A DNA stretch of 64,000 bases, taken from assembly GCA_964011675.1 (NCBI GenBank), contig CAXGPR010000002.1:26216-90215 (forward strand), given 5' to 3'. The notes beneath the pieces are model-generated. The model made no database searches and was not told the origin of the DNA. It saw only the letters and a program-made list of their open reading frames with translations. Shown piece by piece: positions 56,625 to 64,000 of the stretch; position 1 is the stretch's first letter; every line of letters begins with the position of its first letter. This stretch comes from an uncultured bacterium (GTDB lineage: Bacteria; Latescibacterota; UBA2968; UBA8231). The position numbers were made by a program, and so were the translations under genes.

Positions 56625-56941
56625 CGATGACTTTGGATGGCATAATATTTGGATTGTCGGTTGGTGCTAGCACGGGATGTATTGCTCTTCTCGTTCTTCG
56701 CTGGTCATATGCTAAGGGTAACCAAGCGTTCATGATGGCTTTTATGGGCGGCATGGTTGTACGCCTCTTAACTGTGGCTTTAGCTTCATTTGTCATCTTG
56801 TCTTCTACAGATACGAACCCACAGAGTTATGTAATCTCAATGCTGATTGCATATCTATTTTTTTTAGGCTTAGAAATTTACTACGCAATAGCAAAAAACG
56901 CCTTACAAAAGCGCGCCGATTTAGAAAATTCGAAGAAGTAA
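56621..56941 (+). CDS. atpI: AtpI-like hydrophobic protein (ATP synthase protein I)
   Basis: It is a 106-aa hydrophobic protein sitting between atpZ and atpB. The start shown is an internal Met of track ORF 56486..56941. Confidence 0.45.
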   Translation: MTMTLDGIIFGLSVGASTGCIALLVLRWSYAKGNQAFMMAFMGGMVVRLLTVALASFVILSSTDTNPQSYVISMLIAYLFFLGLEIYYAIAKNALQKRADLENSKK

Positions 56942-57045
56942 GGTTATTTGAGGCCAAACTTTTTTGTATTAATTTCGCACTAAATAAATAAGGGTGAGTT
57001 TCTCTTAGCTCTTTTCTATTTATAGTGTTTTCCTCTAAAAAACAC

Positions 57046-57074
57046 TTGACGTCCAAGCTCAGTCCGGTTATTAT
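57046..57074 (+). promoter_or_regulatory. Sigma70-like promoter TTGACG-17-TATTAT
   Basis: The hexamers match the sigma70 consensus 5/6 and 5/6 with 17-nt spacing. The -10 element overlaps the left arm of the 21-bp palindrome. Confidence 0.3.
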
Positions 57075-57117
57075 GCTAAACATAAGTTTGGTAAGTCAAA
57101 CTTATGTTTAGCATAAT
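57070..57117. promoter_or_regulatory. Perfect 21-bp-arm inverted repeat (attatgctaaacataagtttg-gtaagt-caaacttatgtttagcataat) in the atpI-atpB spacer
   Basis: It is 48 nt long with no mismatches and is followed by gttttaaactgttctt. It is a candidate operator or attenuator/terminator-like hairpin. Confidence 0.5.
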
Positions 57118-57245
57118 GTTTTAAACTGTTCTTGTCTCGGACATTGTCCACTTGTCGACTAATGTAAATCTGTGCTGTAATTTTCGCTAAATGTCACATT
57201 TCACATTATACATTTGCCAAAATGAAATTAATTGGCTAATTGCCG

Positions 57246-57274
57246 TTGACAGTGATACTGGGCCTATTTAGCTT
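57246..57274 (+). promoter_or_regulatory. Second sigma70-like element TTGACA-17-TAGCTT, about 56 nt upstream of atpB
   Basis: It has a perfect -35 and a weak -10 with 17-nt spacing. Confidence 0.25.
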
Positions 57275-57329
57275 ATGCAAGCTATTATGAAAAAACGGGT
57301 TGAAATTTCTCAAGGTATGATGAAACACA

Positions 57330-58175
57330 ATGGCTAGCAATGCGTCTACAGCCGATGGTGGCGCTCCTCAGGTTGATATAATCGGGCACATACTCGATCA
57401 TGACTATTTGGAACTTCCCTTTGTAGATCCAGACCATCTCTTGGCTGGAAAAGTCGAGCTTCCCCAGTTTCCTCCCATCAACTTGGGAGGAGTTGAAATT
57501 GACATGTCAATCACGCGACACGTAGTGGTAATGTGGGTCGTAAGCGCCGTACTAATCGGCCTGTTGCTCAGTGCTTTTCGCAAGGCGACGGTTGTGCCCT
57601 CTGGTATAGCTAATTTTTTTGAAACAATTGCTGTGTTTTTACGTGATGAAGTGGCCGATCCCATAATGGGTCATCACGGCAGAAGATTTCTACCGTTCCT
57701 ACTGACCATTTTCTTCTTTATTCTGTTCTGCAATCTATTTGGTCTTGTTCCATACAGCGCAACGGCTACGGGCAATATTAGTGTGACTGCGGGCTTAGCA
57801 CTTTGCACATTTTTTGTTATGCTGGGCGCCGGTATTGCGAACAACGGGTTTTTCGGCTATTTCAAAAGTCTGATACCAACTGGTGTGCCAGGTTGGTTGC
57901 TATTTATACTGGTGCCTGTGGAACTGATTAGCCTATTTGTGAAGCCCTTCGCGTTGTGTGTGCGTCTTTTCTCCAATATGACGGGTGGTCACGTTGCTAT
58001 ACTAGTTTTCCTTGGTTTGATTGTCATTTTACAGAGCGAATGGGTTGCCTTGGCCTCTGTGCCCTTCGCTGCCGCTATTTACTTACTCGAAGTGTTTGTC
58101 TCTTTTGTGCAAGCATTTGTTTTCACTCTGTTGTCAACGGTGTTTATCGGCATGGCCGCACACCCTGATCATTAG
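57330..58175 (+). CDS. atpB: ATP synthase F0 subunit a
   Basis: It has the conserved LRLFSNMTGGH Arg-containing helix and a long N-terminal extension. Confidence 0.9.
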   Translation: MASNASTADGGAPQVDIIGHILDHDYLELPFVDPDHLLAGKVELPQFPPINLGGVEIDMSITRHVVVMWVVSAVLIGLLLSAFRKATVVPSGIANFFETIAVFLRDEVADPIMGHHGRRFLPFLLTIFFFILFCNLFGLVPYSATATGNISVTAGLALCTFFVMLGAGIANNGFFGYFKSLIPTGVPGWLLFILVPVELISLFVKPFALCVRLFSNMTGGHVAILVFLGLIVILQSEWVALASVPFAAAIYLLEVFVSFVQAFVFTLLSTVFIGMAAHPDH

Positions 58176-58205
58176 AGTATTCTTTTAAGAGAGGAGTGTT
58201 GTAAG

Positions 58206-58427
58206 ATGGAAATGGCTTATTTAGGCGCCAGTATCGGCGCGGGTATGTGCACAATAGGCGCCGCACTAGGCATTGGTCGTCTGGCCGGTTCAGCTATGGA
58301 AGGTATTTCGCGCCAGCCGGAAGCCGCGGGTGACATCCGCACAAATATGATTCTGACTGCTGCACTCATCGAAGGTGTTGCTTTGATCGGTGAGGTTGTT
58401 GCGCTGTTGGTAGTTCTCACTAAATAG
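58206..58427 (+). CDS. atpE: ATP synthase F0 subunit c (H+-type ion site)
   Basis: It has the hairpin loop RQPEA. Helix 2 reads IEGVALIGE, with Glu followed by Gly/Val and no Ser/Thr Na+ ligands. Confidence 0.9.
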   Translation: MEMAYLGASIGAGMCTIGAALGIGRLAGSAMEGISRQPEAAGDIRTNMILTAALIEGVALIGEVVALLVVLTK

Positions 58428-58453
58428 ATCTCCAAAAGGATTAGTTTCGACTT

Positions 58454-58954
58454 ATGCTGCTAGATCCCCATTATGGGACTATAATCTGGACGATAGTCAC
58501 CTTCATATTAGCCTATTCTATTCTGGCTAAGTTTGCTTGGCCTCAACTGCTTGGTGCTCTGGAAGAGCGTGAGGATCGCATACGAGAAGCACTTGAGGGT
58601 GCGGAAAAAGCTCGGGACAGTGCGGAAACAGCTCTTGAAGAGCATCGATCTAAGCTGGCAGAGGCTGAATCTGAAGCGCGCCAGATCGTGGCTCAGTCGC
58701 GTGAGGCTGCGGAGAAAGTCCATCAGGAAGTTGTAGCCAAAGCGCGCGAAGAGGCACAAGGCATGATTGAACAAGCGCGTCAGAGTATCGAGCGCGAGAA
58801 GAATGCGGCCATCTCTCAACTGCGCCGCGAAATGGCTGATTTGGCTGTGCAGGCGGCGAGTGAATTGGTAAATGCGAATCTCGATGATGATAAAAACCGC
58901 AAGCTGGTTGACGAGCTGATAGACGGAATTCCCGAGAATGCTCAGCACAATTAG
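58454..58954 (+). CDS. atpF: ATP synthase F0 subunit b
   Basis: It has an N-terminal TM helix followed by a long charged helix. Confidence 0.85.
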   Translation: MLLDPHYGTIIWTIVTFILAYSILAKFAWPQLLGALEEREDRIREALEGAEKARDSAETALEEHRSKLAEAESEARQIVAQSREAAEKVHQEVVAKAREEAQGMIEQARQSIEREKNAAISQLRREMADLAVQAASELVNANLDDDKNRKLVDELIDGIPENAQHN

Positions 58955-58993
58955 TGCCTGGGCTCAACACGTTAAGATACGATCTCAATTCTA

Positions 58994-59533
58994 ATGAATG
59001 CTCCCGAAGTTGTGCGGCGTTATGCAGCTACTCTGTTAGATGCCGCCGAAGAAATGGATATACTAGATGCTGTGCGTGGGGACGTGCGGAGTTTACTTGA
59101 GACGATTTCAAGCTCACTAGAGCTGAAAGATTTTCTCAGCAATCCGCTCATTGGCCCCGAGGTGCAGGATCGGACTCTTGTCGCCATATTTGATGGCAAG
59201 ATCCAGGTACTTACGCGCAACTTCCTGTCGCTCACAGCACAGCGTCGTCGCGCAAACTCTCTCGTCCCGATCCTTTCTGCATTTACTGAGATGGTCGAGG
59301 AAAGAGAAGGTATTCTCAGCGCGGAAGTCGTTTCGGCTGTTGAGTTGAATGACGAACAGAAGAAACGAATAGCTGAGCGTTTGACCGTATATACCGGCAA
59401 GCAGATACGCCTCCATGCGCGCGTGGATTCCACTCTGCGGGGCGGACTGGTCGCGCGCGTAGGTGATATAGTTTTCGACGGCAGTCTCAACACGCATTTA
59501 GAACGCCTGCGCCGACGTCTAGTTGGCGCTTGA
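58994..59533 (+). CDS. atpH: ATP synthase F1 subunit delta
   Basis: OSCP/delta-like sequence in the expected atp operon position. Confidence 0.8.
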   Translation: MNAPEVVRRYAATLLDAAEEMDILDAVRGDVRSLLETISSSLELKDFLSNPLIGPEVQDRTLVAIFDGKIQVLTRNFLSLTAQRRRANSLVPILSAFTEMVEEREGILSAEVVSAVELNDEQKKRIAERLTVYTGKQIRLHARVDSTLRGGLVARVGDIVFDGSLNTHLERLRRRLVGA

Positions 59534-59586
59534 GCATCACTTAATATTAAGAGAATAAATTTTAAGAACGAGAAGAGGTAGATTCT

Positions 59587-61113
59587 ATGGCCACCGAAGC
59601 GATGGTCCAGCCCGACGAGATTTCTCAGATACTTAAGCAGCAACTGCTTGGCTTCGAGAAAGAAGTCGACGTATACGAGACGGGCACGGTGCTTTATGTG
59701 GGAGACGGCATTGCTCGCGTCCACGGTTTGGGAAATGTGCGTGCCACGGAGCTGGTGGAGTTTCCCAATGATATCATGGGCATGGCACTCAACTTGGAAG
59801 AAGACAACGTCGGTTGCGTGCTATTCGGGGATGACACGCTCATTAACGAAGGTGATCAGGTCAAACGCACCGGACGCATCGTAGAGGTTCCAGTTGGTCC
59901 CGAAATGCTTGGTCGCGTAGTTAACCCGCTGGGGTTACCCATTGACGGCAAGGGAGACATTAACGCAGCACAGACGCTGCCTATTGAGAGGAAGGCGCCA
60001 GGCGTTATTGCGCGTCAGCCTGTTAAAGAGCCCATGCAGACAGGTATAAAGATCGTTGATTCGACGGTGCCAATAGGTCGTGGACAGCGAGAATTGATTA
60101 TTGGAGACCGTCAGACGGGAAAGACGGCAATCGCCGTTGACACGATAATCAACCAGAAGGGCCTCGACGTTCAGTGTGTGTACGTGGCTATCGGACAGAA
60201 AGCTTCAACGGTAGCTAAGGTGGTAGCCGAGTTAGAGGCTGCTGGTGCTATGGATTACACCATTATAGTTTCGGCTACGGCTTCGGATCCAGCGCCACTG
60301 CAGTTTTTAGCGCCCTATGCCGGTTGTTCAATGGGTGAGTATTTCCGCGATAACAGCAAACATGCGCTGATCATTTACGACGATCTGTCTAAGCAGGCTT
60401 GGGCTTATCGCGAGATGTCGCTTGTGCTACGCCGCCCGCCTGGCCGTGAAGCATACCCGGGCGACGTGTTTTATCTCCACTCTCGTCTACTCGAACGCGC
60501 TGCTAAGATGAGCGCTGATTTGGGTGGTGGGTCCCTGACGGCGTTGCCGATTATTGAGATTCTTGAAGGTGATGTATCTACCTTTGTTCCCACAAACGTG
60601 ATTTCCATTACTGACGGGCAGATTTTGCTCAAACCAGAGCTTTTCTATTCTGGTAACCGTCCGGCTATGGACGTGGGCGCTTCTGTGTCGCGCGTGGGAT
60701 CTTCAGCGCAGACTAAGGCGATGAAAGCCGTTGCTCGTTCGATTAAGGGAGACATATCACGCTACAACGAAGTAAAGGCCTTTGCTCAGTTTGGAACGTC
60801 TGATCTTGATCAATCGACCCGCGATTTGCTAAACCGCGGTGAGAAGTTGATGGAGATTTTGAAGCAGGGGCAATACAAGCCCATGCCCTTGGAAGAGGAG
60901 ATTGTCGCCCTTGCTACGATTGATTCGGTTCTTGATCTGCAGACTAGTGACGTGCGGCGCTTTGAAGAGGAACTCATTCAGTACATGAGGGATCACCAAG
61001 GTGACTTACTGAAAGAAATTCGCGAAAGCGGTGATTTGAGCGACGAAAATGCAGAAAAGCTCAACGAATCGATTGCAAGCTTTAAGGCCACGTTCCGCGG
61101 CTCTGAAAACTAG
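59587..61113 (+). CDS. atpA: ATP synthase F1 subunit alpha
   Basis: It has the P-loop GDRQTGKT and full-length conservation. Confidence 0.95.
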   Translation: MATEAMVQPDEISQILKQQLLGFEKEVDVYETGTVLYVGDGIARVHGLGNVRATELVEFPNDIMGMALNLEEDNVGCVLFGDDTLINEGDQVKRTGRIVEVPVGPEMLGRVVNPLGLPIDGKGDINAAQTLPIERKAPGVIARQPVKEPMQTGIKIVDSTVPIGRGQRELIIGDRQTGKTAIAVDTIINQKGLDVQCVYVAIGQKASTVAKVVAELEAAGAMDYTIIVSATASDPAPLQFLAPYAGCSMGEYFRDNSKHALIIYDDLSKQAWAYREMSLVLRRPPGREAYPGDVFYLHSRLLERAAKMSADLGGGSLTALPIIEILEGDVSTFVPTNVISITDGQILLKPELFYSGNRPAMDVGASVSRVGSSAQTKAMKAVARSIKGDISRYNEVKAFAQFGTSDLDQSTRDLLNRGEKLMEILKQGQYKPMPLEEEIVALATIDSVLDLQTSDVRRFEEELIQYMRDHQGDLLKEIRESGDLSDENAEKLNESIASFKATFRGSEN

Positions 61114-61133
61114 GATAAAGAAGGGATAGAGAA

Positions 61134-61994
61134 GTGGCTACACTTCGCCAACTCAGAACGCGCGTTGCCAGTATTTCAAATATCCAGCGCGTTACAAATG
61201 CCATGCAGATGGTTGCTGCGGCTAAGATGCGTCGTGCTCAGGATGCGATCGAGGCAGCAAGACCCTATGCGCAGCAGTTGGATGCCGTTTTGGGAAACCT
61301 GCAAAAAAGTATCGACCCCGAAGAGAATCCACTTTTCCGCGAACGTCCTGTTGAGCGCGTTGCTCTGGTGGTCGTAACGGCTGATCGTGGCTTGTGCGGA
61401 GCCTTCAACGGCAGTATTTGTCGCCGTGTACAGAATGAGCTAGACGAGTATACGGAAAAAAATGTTGAGTTAGTTACAGTTGGTCGCAAAGGATACAACT
61501 ATTTTCGCAACAGAGATATGGGTATTGATTCCAACTATGGCGAAGTATTTCGCCAGCTGGAATTCTCTAAGGCTGCTGAAATCGCTCAGGGATTGACCGC
61601 ACGCTTTATCAGTGGTGAGGTAGATCGTGTGTTGCTCGTGTTCAGTGAGTTTCGTTCCGTTGCACAGCAGATTCCCGTTGTGCAGCAACTGCTGCCTATT
61701 TTGCCCAAGCAAGAGGATAGTGATGCGGATAGAGATACCGATTACATCTTCGAACCTTCTCCAGAGGCACTGTTAGATACGTTGGTGCCTCGACACGTTA
61801 ACTTTCAGGTTTGGCGTGCGCTGTTAGAAGTTAACGCCGGCTTTTTTGCTGCTCAGATGACCGCTATGGACAACGCAACAAAGAATGCCGGTGAGCTACT
61901 CGACGAATTGACGCGCGAAATGAATAAGGTGCGGCAGTCGTCCATCACGTTGGAACTGATGGACATTATTGGCGGCGCCGAAGCTGTAGCGTAA
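61134..61994 (+). CDS. atpG: ATP synthase F1 subunit gamma
   Basis: It has conserved N- and C-terminal helices (MQMVAAAKMRRAQ ... ITLELMDIIGGAEA). Confidence 0.9.
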   Translation: MATLRQLRTRVASISNIQRVTNAMQMVAAAKMRRAQDAIEAARPYAQQLDAVLGNLQKSIDPEENPLFRERPVERVALVVVTADRGLCGAFNGSICRRVQNELDEYTEKNVELVTVGRKGYNYFRNRDMGIDSNYGEVFRQLEFSKAAEIAQGLTARFISGEVDRVLLVFSEFRSVAQQIPVVQQLLPILPKQEDSDADRDTDYIFEPSPEALLDTLVPRHVNFQVWRALLEVNAGFFAAQMTAMDNATKNAGELLDELTREMNKVRQSSITLELMDIIGGAEAVA

Positions 61995-62019
61995 ATGGCG
62001 TTTTACTATTGAGGAATAG

Positions 62020-63423
<1,404 letters not shown>

Positions 63424-63426
63424 GAA

Positions 63427-63834
63427 ATGGCTGCTTTCAAACTAGAGATCGTTACGCCAGAGAAAACGATTTACTCGGGCCAAGTCCGCCACGTGCAGGC
63501 TCCGGGGAGCGAAGGTAGTTTTGGCGTTCTATCTGGTCACGTTCCCTTTCTGACTTCTCTGAACATTGGCTTACTGCGCATTGATGAAGACGGCGGTGAT
63601 CAGGTAGATATGGCCGTTAGTGGCGGTTTTACTCAGGTTGCCCCTCAGGGTGTTACCGTTCTTGCCGAGACTGCTGAGCGCGGCGATCAAATTGACGTAG
63701 AGCGTGCTCGCAGCGCGCGGGAGCGGGCAGAGCAACGCCTCGGCGACATATCGTCAGGTGAAGTCGATGCGACTCGTGCACAAATTGCCCTTGCTCGGGC
63801 CGTCAATCGTCTTAAGGTTTCCGGTCAAATTTGA
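63427..63834 (+). CDS. atpC: ATP synthase F1 subunit epsilon
   Basis: Epsilon-like N-terminal beta-sandwich and C-terminal helical region in the last position of the atp operon. Confidence 0.9.
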   Translation: MAAFKLEIVTPEKTIYSGQVRHVQAPGSEGSFGVLSGHVPFLTSLNIGLLRIDEDGGDQVDMAVSGGFTQVAPQGVTVLAETAERGDQIDVERARSARERAEQRLGDISSGEVDATRAQIALARAVNRLKVSGQI

Positions 63835-63858
63835 TGAAATAGTGTAAGACTTTAAGCA

Positions 63859-63896
63859 AAGGGCCGACCATCTTCGGGTGGTTGGCCCTTTGTTTT
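63859..63896 (+). terminator. Rho-independent terminator after atpC
   Basis: It has a 12-bp stem (aagggccgacca / tggttggccctt, one G-U) with a tcttcggg loop, followed by tgtttt. Confidence 0.7.
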
Positions 63897-63938
63897 ATGT
63901 TGTATGACGCTTTTATTTATCTATAGAAGGATCTTTTT

Positions 63939-64000
63939 ATGGCTTCCGTTCCTCGTGGATTGAGCGATTTCCTACATCAATACATTCCCGAAATTGAAAA
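63939..64000 (+). CDS. 5' end of an unidentified CDS (MASVPRGLSDFLHQYIPEIE...), truncated by the window edge
   Basis: An ATG follows a GAAGGA SD-like element 8 nt upstream. It sits after the atp terminator. Confidence 0.3.
   Translation, partial: MASVPRGLSDFLHQYIPEIE

Noticed and set aside
58206-58427. A Na+-coupled F-type ATP synthase forming a sodium bioenergetic island with Na+-NQR.
   Set aside because: The c subunit lacks the Q/E-S-T/Y Na+ ligand set. Its helix-2 site is E followed by G/V (IEGVAL), consistent with H+ coupling.

Overview
This is a gene-dense bacterial chromosomal window of about 55% GC from a diderm organism that uses Shine-Dalgarno sites; diderm status is inferred from the TonB-dependent receptor, RND pump, Slt transglycosylase and Na+-NQR. 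I found no rRNA, tRNA, CRISPR array or mobile element by eye. The window runs left to right as follows. (1) Two DapA-family lyases flank a DAO-family FAD oxidoreductase, which may be a hydroxyproline or D-amino-acid catabolic module. (2) A stand-alone HNH endonuclease and a Lon N-domain protein. (3) A divergent DtxR/MntR-type regulator and a TroABCD-like metal ABC importer. Both ABC-3 permeases of this importer carry a fused C-terminal DtxR-like domain, which is the most unusual architecture in the window. (4) A SUI1/YciH homolog and a GGDEF cyclase with a Rossmann-like N-terminal domain. (5) An operon of a DUF3604-like PHP-type protein plus a PhyH dioxygenase, a Kv-like K+ channel with a C-terminal zinc ribbon, and a second PhyH paralog with an RluA-family pseudouridine synthase. 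(6) An unexplained non-coding gap of about 700 bp. (7) A His6-type HisA, an enolase-superfamily enzyme and RsmD. (8) A catabolic island encoding an MSOX-like oxidase, an SDR, a ManD-like enolase, an IDH-family dehydrogenase and two S58/DmpA peptidases, followed by MutY and a DUF368 protein. (9) Slt70 and the complete aceE-aceF-lpdA pyruvate dehydrogenase operon. (10) A DUF4159-like membrane protein and a DUF4015-like secreted hydrolase. (11) An RND pump with its adaptor, an alanine:cation symporter and a TonB-dependent receptor. (12) The complete Na+-NQR operon nqrABCDEF with nqrM, followed by an intrinsic terminator. (13) A complete F1Fo ATP synthase operon atpZ-atpI-atpBEFHAGDC with an H+-type c subunit. 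Its atpI-atpB spacer is 388 bp, AT-rich, and holds a perfect 21-bp-arm palindrome that overlaps a sigma70-like promoter. I also describe several other strong inverted repeats and hairpins and judge whether each is an intrinsic terminator or a candidate operator.
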